Positions 7,781 to 18,107 of a stretch of DNA of 41,479 nucleotides are shown in pieces. The notes below the pieces were generated by a model. That model ran no database searches. It was not told the DNA's origin and saw only the letters and a program-made list of their open reading frames with translations. The translations under genes and the position numbers were made by a program. Position 1 is the first letter of the stretch. Every line of letters begins with the position of its first letter. This DNA comes from Acidimicrobiia bacterium (lineage in GTDB: Bacteria; Actinomycetota; Acidimicrobiia; Spongiisociales; SHLN01): the NCBI GenBank assembly GCA_041619515.1, contig JBFKDW010000019.1, forward strand, positions 1-41,479, given 5' to 3'.

Positions 7781-7829
7781 TGAGCTGTTCCTGAGCTGTT
7801 CCTGAGCTGTTCCTGAGCTGTTCCTGAGC
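7775..7829. repeat. Perfect tandem repeat (TGTTCCTGAGC) x5
   Basis: Copies start at 7775, 7786, 7797, 7808 and 7819. Confidence 0.97.
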
Positions 7830-7985
7830 CGGCGCCAGACCGCGAAAATCAACTACTGAACGCGAAAAGTCTCTGCCGCTGAGAGTGGCAGCCGCCGGCC
7901 GCAGCCACTACTGTCATGCAAAGTTCACAGGCGGAGTGCCTTGGAGCCGGTCCAACCGCCGGCGCCAGAGGGGCCTGTAGACCAG

Positions 7986-8015
7986 CAAAGGGCGCCTCCC
8001 TCGGGGCGCCCTTTG
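7986..8015 (-). terminator. Intrinsic terminator hairpin downstream of the lipoprotein gene
   Basis: CAAAGGGCGCC-N8-GGCGCCCTTTG, a perfect 11-bp stem. Confidence 0.7.
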
Positions 8016-8099
8016 ACCATTCCCCCCGGAACCGACTGCTGCGTCTCGTCCGTTTCGTAGCTGCTCGGCCCGGCGGTTGCCCGCGACCGGGGCGTTCAC

Positions 8100-8717
8100 T
8101 CAGGCCCCGCCCTCGAGGGGAGCCTCAGGCGACGGGCAGTAGAAGGGCAGCGCGTCGCCGGCTGCGTGATACCGGAAGCTGGAATCCTCGATCCGGAGCA
8201 CCACGAGCGACCCCGGCACGAGCGCGTGCGAGTAGGCGATGCCCGGCTCCGGGCATCCAACGCTCCCGTCCCGCCACCTGACCCAGCGGGCATCGAGCAG
8301 CTCGATCACACCTCGTTCCACCCCGAGCCTCGACGCCAGATCGGCAATGGCCGCACCCACCCGTTGGTCGGCCGGATGAAGGGACGTCGGGTAGTCAGCG
8401 GGCTCGGGCGGGGCAGGGGCGGCGACGGCCGGGTCGGCGACGGTGCGATCGGGGGGCGGGGTCGGCTTGCCCGGCCGGGCGGGTTTGGGGGCGGGCGGCT
8501 CTACCCCGCGGGGCGCAGGCTTCACGGCCGGCTGGGCGACGCGGTCGGGTGTCCGCCCGGCTTCACCAGTCTCGGCCTGGCGCACGATCGGGGGTGGTGT
8601 GGAGATCGATGGTGGCTGCGAGGCAGGCGGTGCCGGGCTCAGGCCGGCTGTGGTTCCAGACCCGCAGCCTACGAGCACCAGAATCGAGCCGGCCAAGAAT
8701 GCACGCCGCCTGGTCAT
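8100..8717 (-). CDS. Hypothetical lipoprotein with a Pro-rich linker and a C-terminal WxDGSxGCP domain
   Basis: Signal MTRRRAFLAGSILVLVGC (twin-Arg-like plus lipobox). The C-terminal domain has WRDGSVGCP...YSHALVPG...FRYH...FYC. Confidence 0.75.
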   Translation of the reverse strand: MTRRRAFLAGSILVLVGCGSGTTAGLSPAPPASQPPSISTPPPIVRQAETGEAGRTPDRVAQPAVKPAPRGVEPPAPKPARPGKPTPPPDRTVADPAVAAPAPPEPADYPTSLHPADQRVGAAIADLASRLGVERGVIELLDARWVRWRDGSVGCPEPGIAYSHALVPGSLVVLRIEDSSFRYHAAGDALPFYCPSPEAPLEGGA

Positions 8718-8724
8718 GCCGGTT

Positions 8725-8751
8725 GGACGCCGGCCCGCCACGGCCGGTTCC
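8725..8751 (-). promoter_or_regulatory. ECF-type promoter GGAAC-N17-CGTCC, likely leaderless
   Basis: The -10 CGTCC ends 7 nt before ATG 8717 and there is no RBS. Confidence 0.5.
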
Positions 8752-8811
8752 CCACAGATGCCGGCAGCTAGGCTGCCTCCATCTGATCGAACGGGCTGAT
8801 GGGAGGAAAGC

Positions 8812-9573
8812 ATGCTGGTGGTTCGTCGTTTCACACTCGTCGCCGTGGTGCTGGCGCTGGTTGCAGCTGCCTGCGGGTCCGGCGAATCGGAGGGCACAAC
8901 AACAACGACCACCACCACCATCGAGGCGGGCCCGGTGGCGGCCACCACCACGTCGACCACTCAGCAGGAAGCTCCGTCGGGCGACAGCGGGTCGACCTAC
9001 TGTGAACGGCTCCGAGCCATTCAGGACGAAGGCGACGAGAGCCCGCTCAGTTTCTCCTTCTTCAACATGACGCCCGCCGAGATAGAGGCGCAGTTCAAGC
9101 AGAACCTCGAGATATTCGAAGAGTGGGTCGAGATCGTCCCCTCCGAGATCGAGGATGCCGCCATCGTGGTCCTGGAGGCCTACAAGAAGTTCGTTGCCCG
9201 CGGCAACGAGCTGGGATGGAACCTGGAAGCCATGGGGAACGACCCGGAGTTCAATGCCAGCTTCGACGATGCGGCCCTGACCGCAGCCGCCGACCGGCTC
9301 GATGCCTACAGCCGCGACGTGTGTGGCGTGGAGTTCTCCACCGACACCGACCCCGGCAGCGGGGACGGCCAAACGAGCGACGATCCCATCGCCATCGTGC
9401 TCAATGCGTTCCAGCTACCGGCCTCCTTGTTCTCCGAGGATGACATCGAGTGCATCCGTGCTGAAGTCGGCGCCGAGTTCGAGGCCTCGATCACGCCCGA
9501 TTGGGTTCCCAGCAGCGAGGACATCGAGGTGTTGCTCGGTGCGATCGATGCCTGCGGCATCAGCCTCGGGTAG
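8812..9573 (+). CDS. Hypothetical acidic lipoprotein with a Thr-rich linker and two Cys pairs
   Basis: Lipobox LVAAAC, poly-Thr tract, RBS GGAGG. Confidence 0.8.
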   Translation: MLVVRRFTLVAVVLALVAAACGSGESEGTTTTTTTTIEAGPVAATTTSTTQQEAPSGDSGSTYCERLRAIQDEGDESPLSFSFFNMTPAEIEAQFKQNLEIFEEWVEIVPSEIEDAAIVVLEAYKKFVARGNELGWNLEAMGNDPEFNASFDDAALTAAADRLDAYSRDVCGVEFSTDTDPGSGDGQTSDDPIAIVLNAFQLPASLFSEDDIECIRAEVGAEFEASITPDWVPSSEDIEVLLGAIDACGISLG

Positions 9574-9611
9574 CCGGCCTCCGAACGGTCGAAGAGGGGG
9601 TCCCGCGATGG

Positions 9612-10676
9612 TCACAGGCGGGCCACGAGCGCCCGGAAGTCTCCGAGCCCGCGCGGGTTGACGAGTGCCTCCGCGTCCGTGCGATCGGAGCGCACCTGGA
9701 GGCGGCCGAGCTCGTCACCCGACCTGGCGAACTCCAGTTCCGTCTGTCGGAGCCGGCCGATCAACTCCCGCAAGCCGAGGCCCGCCAGGAAATCGTCCTG
9801 CCGATGCAGCTCGACCTCGGCGCCCGCCAGCTCTGCCACCGCCGCCAGGGCGGTGAAGTTGACGTCGGCCGTGATGTCGGTTTCCCCGGGGGCATGGAGG
9901 GGATGGGGGCCGAGGTGATGGGATCGATAGGTACGAAGCGTGCCCGTGACCCGGCGCTGCTCCAACTCCTCGGCGGTGGCTCCGTAGTCGATGACGAGCA
10001 ACGCACCCGCCTCCAAGGCGCCGAGCACCCGACGAACCCAATCAGCGGCTTCGAGCTGTACCTCGACGATGCCTCCTTCGCCGACTGGGCCCGAATAGGC
10101 ATCTGCCCACTCGGCAACCTCCGGCCGGGCCGGAGCCTCGACCAGCTCGAGCGCCTCTCCGACATGTGCGACATGATGTTCGGCCCACCCCTCTCCGCGA
10201 CGCACTGCGATCGCCATCGGAAGGTTGTCGAGCAACTCGTTGGCAACCACCACCCCCCTCCCGACCGCCCCGGAGACGTCGCCCACGACCCGGTCGGCCG
10301 GTAGCAATTCCCGCAGAGCCGCCCGGGCGGCAGGTGACACTTCGACGGCCCACGCCTCCACCGACACCTCGTCGAGCACTGCAGCCAGCAGAGAGCCGGA
10401 TCCCGCCCCGACATCCACCAACCGGAACGGTTCGCCGATCCGGGCCCGTTCGGATTCGACAAACCGGGCGATCGTGGATCCAAACAGCCGGCTCACCTCC
10501 GGGCTGGTGAGGAAGTCACCCCCCTTGACCGAGCGCAGCACCCCCCCGGCAAAGAACCCGCCGGGCTCGTAGAGGGCAGCGGCCATGAACTCGTCGAAGG
10601 GAAGCGGACCGCGAGCATCGATGGCCGCTTTCAACCGCCTTTCCACGGCGTTCGGCTCCCTGCCGGCGGCCGTCAT
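9612..10676 (-). CDS. SAM-dependent arginine methyltransferase, MidA/NDUFAF7 family (complex I assembly)
   Basis: GPLPFDEFMAAALY, GDFLTSPEVS, DVGAGSG, ANELLDNLP, IDYG and PGETDITADVNF. Confidence 0.9.
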   Translation of the reverse strand: MTAAGREPNAVERRLKAAIDARGPLPFDEFMAAALYEPGGFFAGGVLRSVKGGDFLTSPEVSRLFGSTIARFVESERARIGEPFRLVDVGAGSGSLLAAVLDEVSVEAWAVEVSPAARAALRELLPADRVVGDVSGAVGRGVVVANELLDNLPMAIAVRRGEGWAEHHVAHVGEALELVEAPARPEVAEWADAYSGPVGEGGIVEVQLEAADWVRRVLGALEAGALLVIDYGATAEELEQRRVTGTLRTYRSHHLGPHPLHAPGETDITADVNFTALAAVAELAGAEVELHRQDDFLAGLGLRELIGRLRQTELEFARSGDELGRLQVRSDRTDAEALVNPRGLGDFRALVARL

Positions 10677-10739
10677 CGAGGAGAACCCCACGAGGTGGCC
10701 CGGCGATCCACCCCATGCGCCGGGTGTGCCTGCGCCGTC

Positions 10740-12221
10740 TCAGCCTCCAGCCAAAGCGCTGGCCGCCTTGGCGAACTGGCCGATGGCTTCGGGATACACG
10801 CCCACGACGATGACGCCGACGGCCAGCATGCCGAAGGCGAGTGCCAGCGAGGGCGCTACCCCCGCCGGGGCAGGCTCCGGCGCCACGTGCTCGGGAGCGG
10901 GATCCATCCACACCGTCTGGACCACCCTGGCGTAGTAGTAGAGCGCGATCACCGCATTGACGGCAGCGATGGCCGCCAGCGCCACCGTCCAGCCGTTGGC
11001 GTTCTGCAGCACCGCGAGGAACATCACGAACTTGGCATACCAGCCCGCCAGCGGTGGAATCCCCGCCAGCGAGAAGAAGAAGATGGTCAGCAGGATGCCG
11101 AGGCCCGGCGCGTATGACCCGAGCCCGGCCCAGTCCCGCACCCGGCCGCTGCCCGTGCGGCGGGCGGCGGCGATGACGACCGCGAACGCCCCCAGGTTCA
11201 TGATCCCGTAGATGAGGACGTAGCTGACCGTGGCTTCGAAGGCCAGATTCAGGCTGTCGCCCTCGATGAGCCCGGCGGCCGCGAACGGAACCAGCATGAA
11301 TCCGGCGTGGGCGATGGACGAGTAGGCGAGCAGGCGAACGACGTTCTCCTGCCGGAGGGCCACCAGGTTGCCGACGGTCATCGACAGCGCGGCGAGGATC
11401 CACAGCGCCGGTCCCCAGATATCCGGGGCGCCCGCAAACGCCACGTAGGACACGAGCAGGATGCCGACGAACCCGGCCGCCTTCGAACCGACCGACAGGT
11501 AGGCGGTCACCGGGGTGGGAGCACCCTCGTAGGTATCCGGTGCCCAGAAGTGGAAGGGAACCGCCGACACCTTGAACCCGAAGCCGACCAGCACCAGCAG
11601 GATCCCCAGCACGAACACCGGCTCCTCGGCAACCGAGGCGGAGGCGGCCTTGATTCCCTCGAACGACAGCGAGCCGGTCATCCCGTATACGAGCGACATG
11701 CCGTAGAGGAGGATTGCCGCCGACAGGACGCCGATGATGAAGAACTTGAGGGCGACCTCGTTGGAACGGGTGTCGCCCTTCCGCCAGCCGGCCAGCAAGA
11801 ACGCGGGCCCGGACACCAGCTCGAGGGCGACGAACAGCGTGACGAGGTCGCGGCTCGATGCCATCACCATCCCCCCCAGCAGGGAAGCCAGGACCAGGAA
11901 GTAATACTCGCCCTGGTAGTACCGGTCACCCTCGACGTATGCGACCGACATCAGCAGCACGACGTAGCCGGTGAGGATGAAGAACACTTTGAGCACGAGA
12001 GCGAAATCGTCCACCACATACGATCCGTCCATCATCGATCGCACCGCGTCGTCACCCGCCGCCAATGTGAAGATCGGGACCAGGGCGAGAGTGAGGCCGA
12101 CGATCCCGACCACCGCCGAGAGCCACTTGCGCTCCTGGGGAAGGAACAGATCGGCCCCCAGCACTGCCAGCACGGTGCCGGCCACGATGAAATCGGGAGC
12201 GAGGGCGTGGTAGTCGAACAC
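10740..12221 (-). CDS. nuoN: Complex I-like subunit N (operon 2)
   Basis: EVALKFF, GFKVSAVPFHFWAPDTYEGAP, RLLAYSSIAHAG and SLAGIPP. Confidence 0.95.
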   Translation of the reverse strand: MFDYHALAPDFIVAGTVLAVLGADLFLPQERKWLSAVVGIVGLTLALVPIFTLAAGDDAVRSMMDGSYVVDDFALVLKVFFILTGYVVLLMSVAYVEGDRYYQGEYYFLVLASLLGGMVMASSRDLVTLFVALELVSGPAFLLAGWRKGDTRSNEVALKFFIIGVLSAAILLYGMSLVYGMTGSLSFEGIKAASASVAEEPVFVLGILLVLVGFGFKVSAVPFHFWAPDTYEGAPTPVTAYLSVGSKAAGFVGILLVSYVAFAGAPDIWGPALWILAALSMTVGNLVALRQENVVRLLAYSSIAHAGFMLVPFAAAGLIEGDSLNLAFEATVSYVLIYGIMNLGAFAVVIAAARRTGSGRVRDWAGLGSYAPGLGILLTIFFFSLAGIPPLAGWYAKFVMFLAVLQNANGWTVALAAIAAVNAVIALYYYARVVQTVWMDPAPEHVAPEPAPAGVAPSLALAFGMLAVGVIVVGVYPEAIGQFAKAASALAGG

Positions 12222-13781
12222 TCAGAAGGCCTTGTCGATGAGGGCCGTCACCGCGTCGTTGGCGGCCCCGGTGATGATCTTGGGGTAGACACCGATGGCA
12301 ACGATGGAGATCAGCAGCGGGACCCAGGCGGCGTACTCGTAGCGGTCGACGTCGTGGAATTCGTGTCCGGCCCATTCCTCCTTGGGCTCACCGAGGTTCA
12401 CCTTCTGCAGCATCCACAGCAGATAGCCGGCGGTGAGCACGGTACCGACCGCCCCGATCACCATGGCAGTGCGGAACACGCTCACGCTGAGCCCCTCCAG
12501 CGGCTGATAGCTGCCGAGCAGCGCCATGAACTCGCCCCAGAAGCCGGCCAGCCCGGGCAGACCGAGCGAGGCCATGGCGGTGAACCCCAGCATGCCGCCC
12601 AGGATGGGCATCAACTTGAGATTGCCTCCCAGCCGGGCCATTTCGCGCGTGTGGTACCGGTGCTGCATCGATCCCGCAAGGAAGAACAACATGCCGGTGA
12701 TGACACCGTGCGCCACCATGCCGATGACGGCCGCCGTGATCCCGACCGGGGTGAGGGTGGCGATGCCCAGCATCACGAAGCCCATGTGGCCGACCGACGA
12801 GAAGGCGATCAGCCGCTTCATGTCGGTCTGGGCCAGGCAGGCCAGGGAACCGTAGATGATGGCGATGACGGCGAGGATGGCGATGGCAGGGGCCCAGCTC
12901 TTGGCCTCGTCGGGCAGGATCGGGATGGCGATGCGGATGAAGCCGTAGGAGCCGAGCTTCAGGAGGATGGCAGCCAGCAGCACCGACCCGACGGTGGGGG
13001 CGGCGGTGTGAGCGTCGGGGAGCCAGGTGTGAAACGGCCACATCGGCACCTTGACGGCAAAGCCGAGGAAGAGGGCTCCGAACACGAGGAAGGCGAACGT
13101 CCCGTCGAATTGGCCGGCCGCCCCCATCTCGGCCAGCTCGGGGATCGAGAACGATCCCCCGCGGAAGTTGAGCGCCAGAAACCCGAGCAGCATGAACGCC
13201 GAGCCGAAGAGTGTGAACAGGAAGAACTTGATCGAGGCGTAGAGCCGGGTCTCGACTTCCTTGCTGAAGCCGGGGAGCCTGATCTTGGTCTTGTCGCCCC
13301 AGATCCCGATCATGAAGTACATGGGGAGCAGCACGAGCTCGAAGAAGATGAAGAACAGGACCAGGTCCTGGGCCACAAACGTGCCCGCCATGCCCGTGGC
13401 GAGAAAGAGGATGAGGATGAGGAAGCCCTTCGGATTGTGGGGCTCGGGCCAGTGGTCCCATGAGTACACGATCGACAGCACAACGATGGCGGCCGACAAG
13501 ACCAGCAGCGGGAGGCTGATGCCGTCGATGCCGATCTCGTAGTCGGAGCCGATGGCCGGTATCCAGCTCAGCTTGGCGCCGAGCTGGAGGGACCCCGCCT
13601 CGGCATAATCGAACCGAAACGCAGCCACCACGGCGAAGAACAGCGATACGGCGGCGGTGACGAGCGCCAGGAGCTTGGCGGTCTCTTCGTCCTTCTTGGG
13701 CACGGCAAGCAGCGCAACGGCGCCGACCAGCGGTGCAAAGACCACCAGGCTGAGGCCCCAGCCGTTATCGAACCACTCCAT
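12222..13781 (-). CDS. nuoM: Complex I-like subunit M (operon 2)
   Basis: GIDGISLPL, FFELVLLPM, VKVPMWPFHTWLPDAHTAAP, LLKLGSYG and GFWGEF. Confidence 0.95.
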   Translation of the reverse strand: MEWFDNGWGLSLVVFAPLVGAVALLAVPKKDEETAKLLALVTAAVSLFFAVVAAFRFDYAEAGSLQLGAKLSWIPAIGSDYEIGIDGISLPLLVLSAAIVVLSIVYSWDHWPEPHNPKGFLILILFLATGMAGTFVAQDLVLFFIFFELVLLPMYFMIGIWGDKTKIRLPGFSKEVETRLYASIKFFLFTLFGSAFMLLGFLALNFRGGSFSIPELAEMGAAGQFDGTFAFLVFGALFLGFAVKVPMWPFHTWLPDAHTAAPTVGSVLLAAILLKLGSYGFIRIAIPILPDEAKSWAPAIAILAVIAIIYGSLACLAQTDMKRLIAFSSVGHMGFVMLGIATLTPVGITAAVIGMVAHGVITGMLFFLAGSMQHRYHTREMARLGGNLKLMPILGGMLGFTAMASLGLPGLAGFWGEFMALLGSYQPLEGLSVSVFRTAMVIGAVGTVLTAGYLLWMLQKVNLGEPKEEWAGHEFHDVDRYEYAAWVPLLISIVAIGVYPKIITGAANDAVTALIDKAF

Positions 13782-13793
13782 ACCGCTCTCCTC

Positions 13794-15839
13794 CTATGTG
13801 ATGCTGATCCAAAAACCGATAACGAGGACGATCGACGCGCCGAAAAGCGCTGCCGCGTACTGCTGGACCTTGCCGGTCTGGATGTACCGCAGCTTGCCTC
13901 CCAGGAAGCCGGTACCGGCGCCCGCCTCGTTGATCGCCAGGTCGATGCCACGCTGATCCAGTCCCCCATACACGAATCGACCAAACCCCCGTGTGAGCGC
14001 GCCGACGGCGTTGACGATCAGGTCGATGATGTTTCCGTTCGTCCAGTTGACGAAGCGGGCGATGGGCCCCTTGATGGGGTTGACGATGCCGTTCATGTAC
14101 AGGTCGTCGATGTAGTACTTGTTCTCGAGTACCGGCCACAGCCCTGGGATACGCAGGCGGTCGCGCTCGTGCTGGGTGGAGGCATCCTCGTAGTAGAGCC
14201 GGTATCCGACCGCGATACCCAGCACACCGGCCGCCAAGCCAAGCCCGAGCGCGGTGAGGTCGAAGCTGGTGGCGTGCTCACCAAGCAACTCGGCTGACAC
14301 GAGCCGGGTGACGACCAGCTTGTAGAAGGCGTCGGTGATTCCCGGCACGTTGAGGAAGCCGGCCACCGCTGCCGCCCCGGCCAGGCCGAGCATGGGGACG
14401 GTCATGATGGCGGGCGATTCGTGAGGGTGGCCATCGCCCTTGTACGTGCCGAAGAAGGTGAGCGACACGGCCCGCGTCATATAGAGGGCGGTGATGAAAG
14501 CGGTGCCGACACCCAGCGCCAGCACCACGCCGTGGCCGCCCTCGTTGAAGGCAGCCAGGATCTCGTCCTTCGAGAAGAAGCCGGCCAGCGGAGGAAGCCC
14601 GGCGAGGGCGGCCGAGCCGATGATGAACGTCCAGAAGGTGCGGGGCATGTCTTTGCGGAGCCCGCCCATGTCGGACATGTTGTTGGAATGGACCGCATGA
14701 ATGACCGAGCCGGCACCCAGGAAGAGCAGGCTCTTGAAGAAGGCGTGGGTGAAGAGGTGGAAGAGCCCGGCGGTGTAGGCGCCCGCCCCGAGCGCAGCCA
14801 CCATGTAGCCGAGCTGGCTGAGCGTCGAATAGGCGAGGACTCGCTTGATGTCGTCCTGGACGATGGCGAGCAACCCTGCGATCACGAGCGTGATGGCGCC
14901 GATGATCAGCACGAGGTCGAGCGCCTCGTGTGCCATCTCCTCGAACAGCGGGAACATGCGTGCGGTCAGATACACGCCGGCCGTGACCATGGTGGCCGCG
15001 TGCATGAGGGCCGACACCGGGGTGGGCCCGGCCATGGCATCGGGCAACCACACGTGGAAGGGAAACTGGGCGCTCTTGCCCATCGCTCCGATGAACAACA
15101 GCACCGCGATGACCACAGCCACGTCATCCAGCGCGGCGTCGGTCTCGACGACTTTTTTCATGATGGTCGAGATCGTGAACGACCCGACGGTGATGGCGGC
15201 GATGATGATGCCGATCATGAGGCCGATGTCGGCGATCTTGTTGACGAGAAACGCCTTCATGCCCGCCGACGAGTTCTCCTTCTGTTCCCAGTAGTGGCCG
15301 ATCAGCAGGTACGAAGAAACCCCGACGAGCTCCCAGCCGATGAGCAGCTGGATGAGGTTGGCGGCCGACACCAGCATGAGCATGGCGCCGGCGAACAGGG
15401 TGAAGCTGGCGAAGAAGGCCGTCGGCCGCACGTCACCTTCCATATAGCCGACTGCGTAGACGAAACAGGCGGTGGAGACGACGCCGACGACGAAGAACAT
15501 CATGATCGAGAGGCCATCGACCACCCAGGCCCACTCGATCTCGAACCCGCCGAAGGCCCCGATGGTGACCCCACCCTCGTACACGATGCCGTCACCGAAC
15601 CACGTTGCCAGGAGAAGCACGGTGCCGTAGACGGCGACGAAGGCGACCGCACCGACGGCCAGCTCGCCTCCGTTTCTGGGCAGGCGCTTTCCGAAGAGGG
15701 TGATAGCGAGGGTAGCCAGGAACGGCACCAGCACGATGAGCCAGGCGCCGGCCGCCAGGATCCCGCCGTCGCTTCGCTCGACCGCCTCGCCGGTGGCAGC
15801 GAGGATCGAGGAACCGGACAGCACGGCCGCCGTCACCAT
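13794..15839 (-). CDS. nuoL: Complex I-like subunit L (operon 2)
   Basis: [43 protein letters not shown] and the C-terminal QTGKVQQY. Start placed at ATG 15839. Confidence 0.95.
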   Translation of the reverse strand: MVTAAVLSGSSILAATGEAVERSDGGILAAGAWLIVLVPFLATLAITLFGKRLPRNGGELAVGAVAFVAVYGTVLLLATWFGDGIVYEGGVTIGAFGGFEIEWAWVVDGLSIMMFFVVGVVSTACFVYAVGYMEGDVRPTAFFASFTLFAGAMLMLVSAANLIQLLIGWELVGVSSYLLIGHYWEQKENSSAGMKAFLVNKIADIGLMIGIIIAAITVGSFTISTIMKKVVETDAALDDVAVVIAVLLFIGAMGKSAQFPFHVWLPDAMAGPTPVSALMHAATMVTAGVYLTARMFPLFEEMAHEALDLVLIIGAITLVIAGLLAIVQDDIKRVLAYSTLSQLGYMVAALGAGAYTAGLFHLFTHAFFKSLLFLGAGSVIHAVHSNNMSDMGGLRKDMPRTFWTFIIGSAALAGLPPLAGFFSKDEILAAFNEGGHGVVLALGVGTAFITALYMTRAVSLTFFGTYKGDGHPHESPAIMTVPMLGLAGAAAVAGFLNVPGITDAFYKLVVTRLVSAELLGEHATSFDLTALGLGLAAGVLGIAVGYRLYYEDASTQHERDRLRIPGLWPVLENKYYIDDLYMNGIVNPIKGPIARFVNWTNGNIIDLIVNAVGALTRGFGRFVYGGLDQRGIDLAINEAGAGTGFLGGKLRYIQTGKVQQYAAALFGASIVLVIGFWISIT

Positions 15840-16138
15840 TTCAGCGCATCCAGCTCGTCGATATTGGCCGAGGCCCGGTTGCGGAAGATGAGCAGGACGA
15901 TGGCAAGCCCGATCCCCACTTCGGCGGCGGCCACAGTGATGATGAACAGCGCGAACACCTGGCCACCGGCAGCCGTGTCCTCGAGGAAACGGCAGAAGGC
16001 AACGAAGTTGATGTTGACGGCGGCCAGCATCAGCTCGACCGACAACAGGACCAGCACCGCGTTGCGGCGAATGAGCACCCCGTAGATGCCGATGGAGAAC
16101 ATCGCTGCCGACAACACGAGGAATTGGGCGATCGTCAT
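15833..16138 (-). CDS. nuoK: Complex I-like subunit K (operon 2)
   Basis: RRNAV...SVELML...[11 protein letters not shown]. Confidence 0.95.
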   Translation of the reverse strand: MTIAQFLVLSAAMFSIGIYGVLIRRNAVLVLLSVELMLAAVNINFVAFCRFLEDTAAGGQVFALFIITVAAAEVGIGLAIVLLIFRNRASANIDELDALKW

Positions 16139-16644
16139 GACTCGGGGTCCTTGCGCGCCAGGACGATGCCGCCGATGAGCGCTGCCAGCAGAACGAACGA
16201 GACCACCTCGAACGGCACGACGAAGCGGTCGAAGATGGTGGTTCCGATCTCCGAGGTGCGGACGGTGTCCAGCCCGCCGATCTTCTCATCGCCGAAGAAG
16301 GCGACCGCAGAGCCGGCGAGAACCGCGAAGGTGGCCACCGCAATGAATGCCGGCGGCCACCGATTGGCGTGGTCTAGCGAGCGCGACCGCCCGATCTCGA
16401 CCCGCGTGATCATCACTCCGAACAGGAACAGCACGATGACGGCCCCGATGTAGACCAGGACCAGCACGCCGGCCACGAACTCGGCGCCGAGCAGGATGAA
16501 CAGGCCGGCCGAGCCGGCGAGGGCGGCCACCAGCATGAGAGCGGCGTGCATGACGTTACGGCTGGTGACCACTACCAGCGAGGCCGCCACCATCACCAGG
16601 GAGATGACGAGGAAGAACCAGTTCTGGGCGAGACCGAGATCCAT
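16135..16644 (-). CDS. nuoJ: Complex I-like subunit J (operon 2)
   Basis: AEFVAG...[12 protein letters not shown]...[17 protein letters not shown]. Confidence 0.93.
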   Translation of the reverse strand: MDLGLAQNWFFLVISLVMVAASLVVVTSRNVMHAALMLVAALAGSAGLFILLGAEFVAGVLVLVYIGAVIVLFLFGVMITRVEIGRSRSLDHANRWPPAFIAVATFAVLAGSAVAFFGDEKIGGLDTVRTSEIGTTIFDRFVVPFEVVSFVLLAALIGGIVLARKDPES

Positions 16645-17108
16645 CAGGGCTCCAGTGGCGGCGGGTCGGGAACGGTTGCCAGCCAATCGGTGAGCCGGTC
16701 CTTGTCATGCAACATGGCCGAGATCTTCGTTTCCGAATACTCGTACTCGGGGCTCCAGAACAGGGCGTCGAACGGGCATACCTCGACGCAGATGCCGCAG
16801 TACATGCATAGGGCGTAGTCGATGTCGAAGCGGTCGAGCGTGGCGCGGGTGCGTACCCGCCCGCCTTCCTTGGCCGGAGGCTGTTCTTCCTTGTGGCCTT
16901 CGATGTAGATGCACCAGTCGGGGCATTCCCGGGCACACAGCATGCACACGGTGCAGGCTTCGGGGTCGAGGGCGATGACCCCGCGTGCCCGGGGGACGGG
17001 GATCTCCTTTTCCTTGGGGTACATCACCGTCGGGGGCTTCTCGAACAGGGTCTTCAGCGTCAGCCCCATTCCCCGGAAGAGCCCCAGCCCGCGGCCTCGA
17101 GCGTTCAC
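16644..17108 (-). CDS. nuoI: Complex I-like subunit I (two [4Fe-4S] clusters; operon 2)
   Basis: [12 protein letters not shown] and [12 protein letters not shown]. Confidence 0.95.
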   Translation of the reverse strand: MNARGRGLGLFRGMGLTLKTLFEKPPTVMYPKEKEIPVPRARGVIALDPEACTVCMLCARECPDWCIYIEGHKEEQPPAKEGGRVRTRATLDRFDIDYALCMYCGICVEVCPFDALFWSPEYEYSETKISAMLHDKDRLTDWLATVPDPPPLEP

Positions 17109-18107
17109 TTAGAACACCACCTTGAAGATTGCCGTCACGCCGATGTTGGCGAGAGCGAGCGGAACCAGCCACTTCCAGGCCATCGTCTGGAGCTGATCCT
17201 CCCGTAGGCGGGGCCAGGTCCAGCGAATCCAGATCATGAGGAAGGCGAGCAAGCCGACCTTGGCCATCAGCACGAAGGGCCCGAAGAACGTCGGGTCGAG
17301 GCCCCAGAATCCGTAGCCGCCCAGGAAGAGAGTGGAGGCTATCGCCGACATGGCGAACATCCCTGCGTACTCGGCCAGGAAGAAGGTTGTGAACCGGAAC
17401 CCCGAGTACTCGGTGAGATAGCCCATGACCAGCTCGGATTCGGCGATCGGGAGGTCGAACGGCGTTCGGTTGAGCTCGGCCAGGCTGGCGACGAAGAAGA
17501 TCACGAACCCGATGACCTGGCCGCCCACCAGGTAGGGCACGCCCATCTCGATCTGGGCCTCGACGATTCCCACCATGGACAGCGTTCCCGCCTGGATGAC
17601 CACTCCGAGCACGGCGAGCACGAGCGGAAGCTCATAGGCGATGATCTGGGCAGCCGCCCGCAGCCCGCCGATGAGCGAGTACTTGTTGCCGGAGGACCAG
17701 CCGGCCATCAGCACGCCGAGCGTCGAAAGAGATGAGATGGCGAGCGCGAAGAAGATGCCGAGGTCGAGGTCGGCGGCGATGAGGTCGGGGCTGAACGGGA
17801 TGATCACGAACACGGCGAGGGTCGCGACCATGAGCAGGTAGGGGGCCAGCTTGTAGACCTGCCGATCGGCGGCGGCGGGCACGAGATCCTCTTTTTGGAA
17901 GAACTTGAGGCCGTCGGCGAGCGGCTGCGCCCAGCCCCACCGTCCCCCGGCGAAATACGGCCCGACCCTGCTCTGCATGTGGGCCGAGATCTTCAGCTCC
18001 CCGAAGATGATGGGAAGGATCGCGGTCAAGACCAGGCCGGTGATTGCGAGAACCTTGAGGGTCAGCAGGACATAGAAGTTGATTTCGATGGCGACAAGCG
18101 AGATCAC
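17109..18107 (-). CDS. nuoH: Complex I-like subunit H (operon 2)
   Basis: QSRVGP, QPLADGLKFFQKE and AELNRTPFDLPIAESELV. Confidence 0.95.
   Translation of the reverse strand: MISLVAIEINFYVLLTLKVLAITGLVLTAILPIIFGELKISAHMQSRVGPYFAGGRWGWAQPLADGLKFFQKEDLVPAAADRQVYKLAPYLLMVATLAVFVIIPFSPDLIAADLDLGIFFALAISSLSTLGVLMAGWSSGNKYSLIGGLRAAAQIIAYELPLVLAVLGVVIQAGTLSMVGIVEAQIEMGVPYLVGGQVIGFVIFFVASLAELNRTPFDLPIAESELVMGYLTEYSGFRFTTFFLAEYAGMFAMSAIASTLFLGGYGFWGLDPTFFGPFVLMAKVGLLAFLMIWIRWTWPRLREDQLQTMAWKWLVPLALANIGVTAIFKVVF

Noticed and set aside
7868..7895. TPP riboswitch suggested by CTGAGA
   Set aside because: The other conserved TPP elements are absent and there is no thiamine-related gene downstream.
11307..13463. 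718-aa plus-strand ORF, and similar long ones at 14421-16085, 26476-27999 and 32701-34395
   Set aside because: These are antisense shadows of nuo genes caused by high-GC codon bias. They are His/Arg/Gly-rich and show no recognisable domains.
13794..16343. 849-aa NuoL, and similarly over-long ORF-track calls for nuoM1, nuoN1, nuoI1, nuoB1 and the phosphatase
   Set aside because: The extensions overlap upstream genes in another frame. Internal starts overlapping the previous stop give canonical lengths.
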